Below are positions 1-10,739 of a DNA stretch of 64,000 nucleotides, one piece after another. The notes under the pieces were generated by a model. That model saw only the letters and a program-made list of their open reading frames with translations. It was not told where the DNA came from and made no database searches. The DNA comes from Chlorokybus atmophyticus (taxonomy: Eukaryota > Plantae > Mesostigma and Chlorokybus algae), in assembly GCA_009103225.1 (NCBI GenBank), contig RHPI01000193.1:430650-494649 (forward strand). Reading direction: 5' to 3'. A program made the translations under genes and the position numbers. Numbering within the stretch: position 1 is the first letter of the stretch; every line of letters starts with the position of its first letter.

Positions 1-1930
1 GCTTCTTCTAATGTTGTAACGATGCCTCACCTTTCCTTTTTTGGTCCTGTCAGCGTCCTTTGTTCCAACAACCTTCTTCTTTTGTTTTTTGTCACCCTGC
101 ACATCCTGGCAGGCGCTCTCCGTGGCACTGTCACTCAGAGGAGGTAAGGCGTTATCTTCTTGCTCCACAGCCTTGCGCTTGTTGGTTGCCTCCCGTTCCT
201 CCACGACCTCATGTTGCTTCATGAGGTCGAGCATGAAGCCTTTGTCTTTCAGCGCAGCTTTCAGGACACCTCGATCAATCTCTTTACCAACAAGACAGGC
301 TGGGATCAATGTGGCAAGCTTAGAGGGAGAGGGCGAGCTACAGCTGCTTCTTGATGGAGATGCCTCCGGATGGTCAGAGTGCGGTGGCAAGTGAGTCTCC
401 GCGGCAGGAAGGGAGGGTGCTGAATTGGGATTGCGAGCATGTGGCTGTGGTTGAGGGGAGGCAGGATGTGCAAAACACTAGGCTACTTCTTGCCTAGCAC
501 ACGAAGGCGAGGCCTGAGGCGTTGGCGCAGCACTCTGGGTCACAGCCGATGGTAGCGGGGAATTGGCAACGCCATGCCGCCACTCTCCGATCAGGTGTGT
601 TACCTCCGGTGGCATTTCATGCATAGGCCACGACCACTGTTCGGTGCTTGCAGGCTTGAGGAGCCAAAAGTGTGCTTCTGGCTCATCAGGAGCAGTGTTG
701 CCCACCACCAGGACTGAGTTGGGGGCTTCTTTATTTCCAACCCAAACTGCGCTGCCGGGCCGTGGCACCCACTCGTCACGGAGCTCNTGAGCCATGGGCA
801 CATCATGCGCCACTGCCCCAATGGACATGTCGGGATTCAACAGGCCAACATGCATGTTAAACTGATGCCGCATTGCCGCCGCGCCCATCAGCAAGTGGGA
901 TTGAAGGACCAGTTGATGGGATTGAATCCAGGCTTGCATAGGAGCTCCAACAGGACTTAGTGCACTGTGGTGCTGTCAACCAATCACATGTGGGTTAGCT
1001 GCATGCTTGCGACACTGCAATTGCAATAGTCAACTGCGTCACACCGTCATCAGTTGGTTGCTTCGAACAGTCACCTGCGGCATTGCTGGTTGATGCACGA
1101 ATGATTGCATGGACTGCGTCATTGCTGGTTGATGCACTATTGGTTGAATGCCGGACGAATGGCCACGCGCTCCTGTGCTCAAACCCAGCCTACTTCGTTC
1201 GGCACGCGCGCGCGACTTCGCACGCTCACGCACATCCTAGCATGGAAAGGTAGGCATGCATTGGAGCCGACATTGCAGTCAACATGCACAGCGAGATTGG
1301 CAACAACATACCGCCGCCCAATTCTGTCTATCTGCTCTTGCTTCCGCAATGTCGGCTTGACTGTAGGGTGGGTATGGGTGAATAGTGGAGGCCTGCAGCC
1401 ACGCTACATATATCACATGGACTGCGCTAAAAAACAAATTGCTCTTGCAAGGAAATGCATGTGACTGTTGAGCGTACCTCTGCATTCCTTTGTGCTTGTT
1501 CCCACAGCCGCAACTGGTCCCGCATGGTTCTGACAAGGGGCTCCAAGGACTGCAGCTCCTGATCCACTCCCTGTTGCAGAAAGCGAGCCACCAAGCAGCT
1601 CTCTGTGTGAAGATGGTCTTTAATGGCTTGCCTGCTGGTTTGTCCAATGTTGGTGATGCATGTTGGACAGCCCCATTGCTGACGCCTGCCATGATGCATG
1701 ACGTGGCGACCGGTAGTAGCTGGCTTCGCTGCTTGAACTCCTACGACCACAACTTCTCGCAAGATGTGCCATGCCGCCGCCGCCGCCGCCGCCTCCTCCG
1801 ACTCCTGATCCTCCGCCTCCTAGTTGAACCCAGGCCCATCAAGCCTGACATTCGACCCGTCATCGACCTGGTGCCCCTGCGTGCCATCATCCGGCCATCA
1901 ATGAAGCGTGTTTGGGTGAGTGCATGCTAA
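1..1930 (-). pseudogene. Leftward element gene, copy A (C2HC-type zinc finger, Pro/Gln-rich region, OTU His-box half, Lys-rich tail); stops plus internal deletion
   Basis: Manual translation gives exon-like segments WGCPTCITNIGQTSRQAIKDHLHTESC (~1600-1680), DVRERAKSRARAERSRLG and EAPNSVLVVGNTAPDEPEAHFWLLKP, with GT-AG boundaries. In-frame stops lie near 1820 and 1890. Confidence 0.6.
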
Positions 1931-1951
1931 CTCCCATTTGGGCTGATCGAG

Positions 1952-2112
1952 CAATGCCTCTGTCGTACCATGGATGGTACGACAGAGCCATTGTACGGCA
2001 ATCGCTGGGGTTGGACGAGAGATGCCTCTGTCGTACCATAAATGTTACGACACAACCATTGGTAACAATGGTTGTACGAAGCATGCATGGCACGAATGCA
2101 TAAGTCGTACCA
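1952..2112. promoter_or_regulatory. Palindrome cluster between the two divergent element genes
   Basis: CAATGCCTCTGTCGTACCA-tgga-TGGTACGACAGAGCCATTG (1952-1993) is a 19-bp stem with 1 mismatch. A degenerate second copy starts at ~2021, and TCGTACCA recurs at ~2105. Confidence 0.5.
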
Positions 2113-2295
2113 TCAACCATAGGAGCAAGGACGCACTACAAGTGCGACTCTAGTGCGGGACTCTAGACGTTCAAAACCGCCTCATTTTCGTTTTCGCGCC
2201 TCATACATTCGGGCGGGCCAACCGGCGGCGGCAGCGTTGGAGGCGGCAGCGCCACTTACAGCTAAACAGGCGGCACCCGACTATCAGTTGGAGAG

Positions 2296-4123
2296 ATGCC
2301 TCGTGGTCCATCCGTAAGTGCACCTCGTCGTGGAGGTCGGCGCCAGTTGTCCACATTGCCCCCAGTGTTCAACCAGGCAACCGTCGCCAACCAATCGCAG
2401 CAAGACCCCGCGCTAACGCCCAGCACATCACAACAACTCCACCTGACACCGCAGTCGCAAGGGCAAGCTAGACTGCATGCGTTCTTGATGCACTGTGCAC
2501 GTTGCTTCTTGCTCAACTTCTAACTTGGATGCTTGCTTCTATCATGACTAGCACAGTGACTCACTGCATGCGTTCTGGATACACTGTGCACGTTGTTCTT
2601 CTTTTGCAACTGTGAGGGTTGCATCTTTCATGGCTGGCAGCATGACTCATGTGGTTGTGCTTGCAGAGGGTCGATTGGAACCCCCAACCCAAACGCATTT
2701 GGCCGTGACGTGGCAACCTCGGCCGTCAGCAACCCTTCCCCAAGCAAGTGGAAGATTGGCAACGAGGTAAGCACTGTGTGACACTGTGACACTGTGTGTA
2801 TGTGTGTAACGGATTGTTCTTCTGTGGACAGCATTTGCGAGATGCCGTCGTTGAATTCATAAACGGCCACTGGGTAGAGAGCCACGTTTATCCCAAGGAG
2901 GACACTATTCGTAACTTCATGTGTCAGGTGCTGTGAATGCTTCATGACCGCACTGCACCGTGACACTGACCAACCTGCCCGTGACAGGTAGTTGGCTTCG
3001 ACCATGACGACGAGGCCGATGCGGCCAAGTTCTATGAGGTGTACTGGACTCCCAAGGAGTGCCCCTTCCACTGGAGTGTCGCCCTGAAGAAAGCTACGCA
3101 GGTCCGGTCTGAGAACGTCACCAAGATCAAGCATGTCCTTGAGAAGGAGTACAAGTGGACACTGTTTAACAGCAACAAGCGCAAGTGAGTTGGGTCCCTC
3201 ACCACCATGTCTGCTATGCAACACTGCCTTCTTACTCAGCCTCCATACACACGTACTCATCTCGCCTATTGTAACCGATTCAATCAGGCACATCGACGCC
3301 CTAATGGACCCCGAGACCCGAAAAGCCCAGATGCGCAACGCGCTCCAAAGTAAGTCACAGGCTCTATTCTAGCCTGGTGCAGGCTCAACTTGAACTATCT
3401 ATTTCGTGACTAATGCCTTGTCGGTATGACTGTCGCAGACAAGTCATGGCGGAGATTTGAGGTGACCGACACTGCAGACCCGGAGCGGAGGAGATACATC
3501 CATGAATGGGGCAATCCCATAATCTGGCAAATGATCGTGCAATGCTGGTCTTACGCCGTCACTACACCTGGTCGCCGGCAGCTGACAGTCAACCACCTCG
3601 CATACCTGTTGCTTACGGTGAGCACTCTGACCTCCATCATTAGCGATTCTGGAACGCTGTAGCCCCAAACTACAGGCTTGCAGACGCGTTGCAGTGAATA
3701 GTGGCTTTCGATGCCACTAAGACATGCCTGTAAACTACGCAGGTGGAGCGCATCCTAAAGGGCAAGGATGGAGACCCTCTCCTAGCTGCCAGCATAGACA
3801 CACATGAAGAGTACCTCAGCGAAATCAACACCATGATCATGTCAATGAAGCGGGAGATGAGGCAACGGTACGCAGCCCTCCAGCCATTCACCCTTGTGAA
3901 ACGCCGCACTGCATCTTGTGTCGAATACCTGAAAGATCCCAATCGGCGCCGGCCGCAAGAGACAGCAGCTCGTGACCCGCTCGCTGAGGCAGAAGCGGCA
4001 TTTGATTGGCTGGCACAACCGTTTGAGGAGGAAGAGCAAGCTCCGGCGTCTCCTCCACAGGCCCCAGCGCGTGGTGCTTTGTTCCGTAATGACGAGACCA
4101 GCGATGATGGAGAGGAGCTGTAG
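2296..4123 (+). CDS. Rightward element gene, 7 exons, apparently intact; DUF6532-like transposon accessory protein (tentative)
   Basis: Phase-consistent splicing (one GC-AG intron at ~2463, the rest GT-AG) gives MPRGPS...KWKIGNE|HLRDAVVEFINGHWVESHVYPKEDTIRNFMCQ|VVGFDHDDEADAAKFYEVYW...|...EWGNPIIWQMIVQCWSYAVTTPGRRQLTVNHLAYLLLT|VERILKG...DDGEEL*. The family call rests on the remembered pattern P-I-I-x5-W...LA-x3-T-x-E. Confidence 0.7.
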
Positions 4124-4516
4124 CGCAGTTGGTAGTCCGTTTAGCTGGTAGTGTACATAGCTACAAGGCTCTTGTGACTGAGTGTTGTGCATCTTAAACC
4201 AGCTCAGTCAATCGTCATGATGCTCATGCACATCAATACTTGCATCCCTATGATATATAACAGAACTGCGTTCGAGTCACATAATCGAACCACAAGCCTT
4301 GGCAAGTGACTGAGAGACACTGTACACATTTCAGGTACATGTACACAGCACGGGCACATAACAATGCTGGAAGTCAGTGACAGTCGCGTGTAGTCAAGCT
4401 ATGCAAACGATGACGACAGTTAGGCATTGGTCACCTTCAGTTGTTGAAGAATGCCTCATTTTGACGATAATTACCTAGTTGGTGCTTGTGAATTAGGCTT
4501 AGTCGCATGCGCTGGA

Positions 4517-4781
4517 CTGGTGTGTAACCTGCAGGTGCCTGTCACATAGGCTGAGTCACCTAGGTAAGACTGATGTGTAACTTACAGGTGCCCGTTGATT
4601 AGTTGTAGTCACCTAATAAGGCCTGATGTGTAACTAACAGTTGCCTGTAAATTACAGAAAGTCATTTGTTAAGGCCTGGTGTGTGACTAACAGGTGCCTG
4701 TTTATTCTATAAAGTCACCTAATAGAGCCTGATAGGTAACTAACAGGCGCCTGTTAGTTAGGCAAAGTCAACTGTTAAAGA
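4517..4781. repeat. Subterminal 53-bp tandem array, 5 units (copy A)
   Basis: Units start at 4517, 4570, 4623, 4676 and 4729; consensus ~CTGATGTGTAACTAACAGGTGCCTGTTAATTAnnnnnAGTCACCTnnTAAGGC. Confidence 0.95.
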
Positions 4782-5101
4782 CTAAACTGTAACAAAAAGG
4801 GCCTTACAGTAACCAAAGTTACTATTAGGTCCATGTATCAAGATTACAGGTGGCCTGAGCCACGACAGTCTAAATTAGCATCCTCAGGTGCACGGCCGTT
4901 GCCAATATTTAGTCGGCCGGCAGGGAAAACATATTGCGACGCCCCAGCTGAGCGTGGGCAGCTGCCGAGGACAGTCAGCATTCTTCAATGGGGAGGAAAT
5001 GTAACGGAAAAGGTACATGAAACAACCAATCAACCATAAAAGCATTAAGTCTTTGATGGTCGAGTGGGCTGTGACACTGTTAATGCTCTTGGTCGGAGCA
5101 G

Positions 5102-5420
5102 GTATGGCTCGCGCGGTTGTATGGCAATCTACATGCCGCTAATGGCTTCAACCTCTAGTACAGTGGTGACGAGCACAGCTTTGGCCATCCTTCCACGGGC
5201 GATTTGTGGATGTTGCTATGGATTTGAGGAGAGAGGTGGGGGAAGCGTCCTACTTAGCTCCTGCCATTCTGTACAGTGACCAGACTATGTTGGACAGCGC
5301 GAGCAAGCGCTCTGGCTACCCTCTGGTGGCATCGCTTTCCGACTACATTTGGGACATATATGCTAGCAACATGGGGGTTGTTATGATAGCATTTCTGCCG
5401 ATGATTCGCGTAGTGGCCGG
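5102..5420 (+). pseudogene. Plavaka-type (CMC/CACTA-related) transposase fragment
   Basis: VWLARLYGNLHAANGFNL*YSGDEHSFGHPSTGDLW [frameshift] DVAMDLRREVGEASYLAPAILYSDQTMLDSASKRSGYPLVASL...VMIAFLP. This matches the Plavaka pattern L-x-G-N...TGDWW...P-x-I-L-x-S-D-x-T-x-L...S-x-YP...LLGYLP. Confidence 0.7.
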
Positions 5421-6679
5421 GCATCTCACCTGGGCACAGTGCAAGACACCGGTAGAAATGGGTTTTGGAAGTTCAGGTTGGATCCGAAACTTTGTAATGG
5501 ACGGAGCCGGACATAATTGCGGATTTCATAAGCTTCATGGCGGATCCGTATATGTGTTATGACCGTAGCCGAAATACTGTTACACCTGTCACAAATGGCA
5601 CTCCGCCAATGACAATCGTAAGCACCAAATCCTCAACAATGTTGAGGATTTGGCGTTGACGTAATTAAAGTTTTAGATCTTGAGAAAGGCATGTATAAAT
5701 CGTGATTATAGTTGTAACCAAATCAGTAACAATGCGACTATACTCCCCAACGCAATTGAGGACGCGGCAACAGTAAAAAAATGCATTGACGCTGCATGCG
5801 AAAGCTATACACATCATCATATACGTTATAATCGATTCTATTAATAGTACAAGAATGTATACTTAACAAGGTGTTACGATCATCACTTTGCACCGGTACA
5901 AAACCTTAATAGTTTATGACCTCATCATTGCAAACGTCAACCCCGCGGCCTGCTTGTAGCAGGCCGCAGGGCAAGCAAGTATATGTAGAAGGCTGTGTTA
6001 TAATTAGTACTTTAAGTCTTGTGCGAGTACAAGACTTCCCCAACTCACCGCAAACAACCTTACCGTAAGCGGTGACGCAAGGAACTTGATGCAAACATCT
6101 GCCAGTATTCAAGCGCTGCGATTCGACGAGACGGCAGGTCTAGCACATTCTTTATCCTCAAGTCACCCACATGGAACGTCATTTCCTTCACGATTGTGTA
6201 TTAAGAATAAAAACACGGGTACTGGTAGCCGTATATACATAAATACGGCTACCGGCTTATCTATGTATATATATATGTGTGTGTGTATACTGTATGCAGC
6301 TGCAACAACATACCGGTAACGGTAGGCGTGTATACATGTATATACATGTATGATTAAACATATGTAATGTATGCACCTGTTTGTGCAGGCGTTGCGTAAT
6401 ACATGCATGGAATTCATCTAAGAGCCACAGCGGACCAAGGATTTATGGCCTGAGTTTTAGGGCCCGCGGCCCGTCTAATACTTCGTATGGACCTAAAACG
6501 CGAACGCGCTTCGGTTTGAGGGTTGGGATTTAGATCGATGATGTGAAACCTCATATCACTTTCGTAACACTCCTAAAATGCACAGTTAGGGGGTAAAAAT
6601 AAATCATTATTAGGGTTTCGCGCGCATATGATAGCTTCCCGCCTTCATCGCCACTGTCATTCACTTCGTGAGCGCCGTC

Positions 6680-8533
6680 ATGCTTGCCGACGCCGGGCAC
6701 ATGAAGGGTGTGGGTGACGGCGGCGGCGGCGGTGGGGATGGAGGCGGTGGTGGTATGGGTTGGCAACCGCCTTTTCAGATGCCGGCGGCTTGGCGAGCGG
6801 CTGGCTTCTGGCCGCAGCCAGGAGCACCCAACGGTATGGGCGTTGATGCGACATCTGCTCAATATGCGACCCATACAGCTCCTTCTCTTTTTACACACAG
6901 GCAGGTGGACTGTGCATGCTGGTTAGGGTGTTGTGCAAGCAGGTGTTTGGGGCGTTGTCATCAATTGTGCATGTCTGCTTGTGCAAGCCATTGTTGAGGT
7001 TGTTGTCAACAGCAACTGTGCATACTGATGCAAGCAGGTGTTTGGGGTGTTGTCGTCAATGCATGCTTGTGCACAATTTTAGGGTGTGATCATCAGCGAC
7101 TGTGCTTGTGCAAGCAGGTGTTCTATGTGTTGTCGTTTTCATGGTGTTGCAGTTGTTTAGGGTGTTGTAACAGCTGTGCATGCATGTGCAAGCTGGTGTT
7201 TGTCGTCAACGCATGCTTGTGCAAGCTTGTGCAAGCAGGTGTTTGTGGTGTTGTCGTCGACGCATGCTTGTGCACGTAGTTGTTTAGAGTGTTGTCAACA
7301 ACAACTATACCTGCTTATGCATGCAGTTTGCTGTTGGGGCGTTGTTGACAAGTGTTTTTGCCTTGTTCAGGACTGGCTGCGGCGAATGCACGAAGCCAAC
7401 TCGAGCACACCCAATGTCGACCAACCCACTCAATCTACAACACCACCTCCGTCTACACAAGTGCCAGGGGGAGGGGCTTGGAGGGACAATCAGCATCAGC
7501 AATCTGCTGGAGGGCCTTACCCGTCCACTCAGCAGCAGACAACACCTCAGCCCGCCACATCAGCTGCTGACAACAAGCAACCCAAAGCACCACCGAAGAG
7601 AGGTCAGTGTGTTGATGTCTGCAGGCAGTGGTGCATGTGTTGCGCGGTGTCTTTGCTGACTTGCGGGATGCATAGGGCGCCCGAGGAAACAGCCTGCAGC
7701 TGCCCCAAGCCAAGAGACCAAGCGTCCCCGTGAATCTGATTGGACTCTCGCCGAGATCACGAGTCTTGTGCGCGGTTGGAATGATGTTGACCAGGCCATC
7801 AAGGCGGGTGGTGCATTGGCAAAGAACAAGTCTGCTCAGACTCGCTGGAAGGAGGTGGTGAAGTGCTGTGAGAAAGAGCAGCCTGAGATGATGGGCTGGG
7901 GCCGCACCCGGAGTCATGCAAAGAAAAGTGAGTACAACAGATGTTGCTTAGCATGTAAACCCGCAAGCAAGTTTGATCTATGCTTTGTTTCCAGGTGGCA
8001 GCAATTGCGTGCACAGTACATGACGCTCCGCGGTTACATGGGCGAGAGCGGTAAAGCCAGCTACTTTGAGTGCACACTTGAGATGAAGGAGGACTATGGG
8101 TGGCAGAAATGCTTGCTGCTGAATGACCTTGAGGTGAGCTTTGGTTGCAACAGGTGTCAGCTCAATTGGTAACAGGTGCTAAGCCTAGTGCAAGCCTGTG
8201 CTGCATCTGTACGAAGGCATGGTGTCGGTGCTCGGTGACAGTCACGCGGCTGATCCAGCAGCTCCATGGGACTCTAGGTCACCAGATGAGCAGAGTGAAG
8301 GTGTGACCGCAACATCTGGTAGCAAGAAAAAGGGCAAAAAGAAGTCAGCTGCTATCGCTGACAACTTCATTGACCTCGTGCGTGAAGAGTTCAGCCGTTC
8401 ACTTCTTGCTGAGATGTGTGCCCAGAGTAGTAAGGCCACTGCAACAATGGCAAAACAGACGGCCAATCGCAAGGCATTTGTGTCGTCATTTGACAAGGTA
8501 ACGGCAGCACTCGCAAACTTCAAGGCAGCTTGA
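6680..8533 (+). CDS. Harbinger-associated AT-hook + trihelix Myb/SANT-like DNA-binding protein (about 5 exons; one splice phase is off by 1 nt)
   Basis: Spliced PPKR|GRPRKQP (AT-hook), then WTLAEITSLVRGW...RWKEVVKCC...GRTRSHAKK|WQQLRAQYMTLRGYMGESGKASYF, and a C-terminal helix ending ALANFKAA*. Confidence 0.75.
6930..7330. repeat. Degenerate ~41-bp tandem repeats in intron 1 of the Myb gene
   Basis: Recurrent GCAAGCAGGTGTTTG(G/T)GGTGTTGTCGTC(A/G)A(T/C)GCATGCTTGT units. Confidence 0.7.
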
Positions 8534-8669
8534 GCTCTGATAAACACATTGCCGTGCATGTGTGGTTGTCTCTTTTTTCCTTGTGTATGTAAGTATCATG
8601 TAAGCTGTATGGCAGTGCATGGCAATGACGAGCTCATTAACAGGATGACGCTGCCACACATAGTATGTG

Positions 8670-10101
8670 ACATTGTCTCAACCTCTTGCAAACATTTCAG
8701 CAAGTAAGTCGCATAGTTGGCATTGTTGTTAGGGCATAAACTTTGATCTTCTGGTGGTATATTATATTCAAGCAGGCGCTCAGGCCGGCGTGCCTATAGT
8801 ATAGTCTCTGAATCCTCCTCAGCGTAGTCCAACAGGAAGTTATGAAGCACTATGGCTCAGATGATTGTATAATGTAGAAAATGCAATGCAACACCCTGTG
8901 GCACCATGAGTATACGCCAACGTGTCTTCAACACCCCTGCACATCCAAATGCTCTGCATCAATTGTCTTGAGTGCGTACATATGCTATGTTATGACCACT
9001 TACGATGGAGGCTTACCAAATGCATGCTCGATGATGATGCGTGCACTTGAATGCTTGAAGTTGAAGCCTCACTTGAGTTTTGACATGCGAGAGTTGTCGC
9101 GTGGACCTGGATATGGCACCGCCAAGTGCTGCGACGCTCGGTAACCAGCATCACCAAGCAAGTATGGGTGGATTTCATCACCTATCAAGCAATGTGGTAA
9201 TCAACAACCTCATGATGCTTCAGCAGCAATGCACCTCGACATCAACATGTGCAGGACTCACCTACGGGTAAGGTCAAGATAGGTGTCAATCCTTTACTAC
9301 AGAGAGGACCGTCAAAACACTCGTGCGTCATATATAAAACCTGGGAAGCCCAGCTGCAAGTCTTGAAAGCGGTGCGGTGATGTCACAGACAGCCTGTGAA
9401 TAGCACGCACGTCAATATCCCCACATATTGAATTGAGCTGAGGCACGCACTGCCCTTACCTGCATGACGACACTGTAGTGACCTTTTCTGTTGTAATATT
9501 CTGCACATTGCTCGGTTCGTGGTTTACGAATGGGTATATGGCTCCCGTCAATGGCTCCACAGCACCTGATCATGCCCTTTTACAACTGAAACTGAGTCAT
9601 CACACGTGCTAATCTGTCACCTGTAGGCCAGTGTATAATAATATAATATAATCCTAAGGATCTGATGAAGGCGAACATCTCCCTCACAATGTCTGCAACT
9701 GTCTGAACACCAACTGCGTATGTTAAAGATAGTGTGTGGTAGTCACTGCCATGTGCTAAGCGATGAAGGCCTATCATAACTCTCATCTCCAATGGGACTG
9801 TGTTGCCTGCACAAGCTTCTGGCCGCCGGAGGGGCTCGAGCAAGTTGCACAACATGATAAAACTTGCACGACACATACGCCAATGATGACGCCAGAACTG
9901 ATCTGGCCAACTACCTGACATAAATGCTGTAAACCAAGTCTGTTCTCGCACATACCTAGCCGGCCTTGGCCGCAACAGTCTTTGCCTAGCCCTGTCTCGC
10001 GAACCGCCTTCGACGAGAGCGTAAGTACAACCAAAGGTGCTGCCTTGGTTGATGCAGCATCTGCATCCTTGTGCGTTGTCTTTGCTGCCATGTCCGCGCA
10101 A
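8670..10101 (-). pseudogene. PIF/Harbinger DDE transposase (HARBI1-like), intron-containing, with multiple stops and frameshifts
   Basis: FWRHHWRMCRASF...VPLEMRVMIGLHRLAHG; CCGAIDGSHIPI (D1); YYNRKGHYSVVMQ|AVCD; GFPGFIYDARVF*RSSL*; LLGDAGY (D2); FNFKHSSARIIIEHAFG|VLKTRWRIL (E); AIVLHNF. Confidence 0.95.
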
Positions 10102-10739
10102 AGTGCAAGAAGACCACTACCAGAAGGCCACAGACGAACGCATCATCTCTTGACACTTGCTGGCCTCTCTGCAATACACGCCATATGGATGTGAGAGAGT
10201 TACACGTTGCTAAGACCATGCACGAAGACAAGTTCAGATGCCGCAATTAGCAGAGTTTGGGCAAGCAAGGGTGAATGCACAAGCACGGTAACATTGATCA
10301 GTCCTGCCCGCACTCAGCAAGTAGCGGGAAAGTGCGTTCAAGACCAGATGCAACAATATACCATACCATGCACACACCCAAAGCACGCTAACACTGTACA
10401 CTCTTGCACGCACTCAGTCAGTGGCAGAGTGCGTGCGAGACAAGTTGCAACATGGGGACATTAACAACGCTGCGCTTGTTAACGCTGACTATGCACACCT
10501 ACAAGACAACGCACACCTACACACATTGCACATGCTCACACACGCTTACACACGCATGCTCACACACGCATGCTTGCACACGCAAGCTGACACACGCTTA
10601 CACACGCAAATGCAGACACGACCAACACCTGCATGTGACAGTTCTCACCTCTGGCATGGTGCACCCCAAAGCTCCCTTACAGTCCGGATTTACTAATCAG
10701 TTGTCATTCGAGGCTGAAAAAGGGCAACTTGTGTGCACG

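Larger units (their letters stand above)
1..4941. mobile_element. Copy A of a large multi-gene DNA transposon-like repeat (left part runs off the window; carries a 1932-bp internal deletion relative to copy B)
   Basis: 1-774 aligns to ~11553-12347 and 771-4941 aligns to 14276-18498. Hand alignment of 2281-2520 vs 15771-16010 gives 8 substitutions in 240 bp. Similarity stops sharply after ...CATATTGCGACG at 4941. Confidence 0.85.

Noticed and set aside
1800-1830. TAA/TAG = Gln genetic code, suggested by an in-frame TAG shared by copies A and B
   Set aside because: SCE1 uses only CAA/CAG for Gln, and PTST1 ends with TAG exactly at its conserved C-terminus. The shared TAG is better explained as a lesion that predates the duplication.
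4517-4781. CRISPR-like array
   Set aside because: Whole units are similar along their length; there are no unique spacers and no cas genes, and the context is eukaryotic.
5950-6120. hAT dimerisation-domain-like peptide (ILADVCIKFLASPLT) on the minus strand
   Set aside because: Only loose similarity, the ER-x-FS core is missing, and candidate ends at ~5456/6420 have no 8-bp TSD.
5600-6260. Fanzor/TnpB omega-RNA or other RNA-guided system
   Set aside because: No RuvC or zinc-ribbon motifs were recognised in any nearby frame; hairpins alone are insufficient.
6466-6490. Harbinger left TIR candidate TTA|GGGCCCGCGGCCCG
   Set aside because: No matching inverted copy was found in the window.
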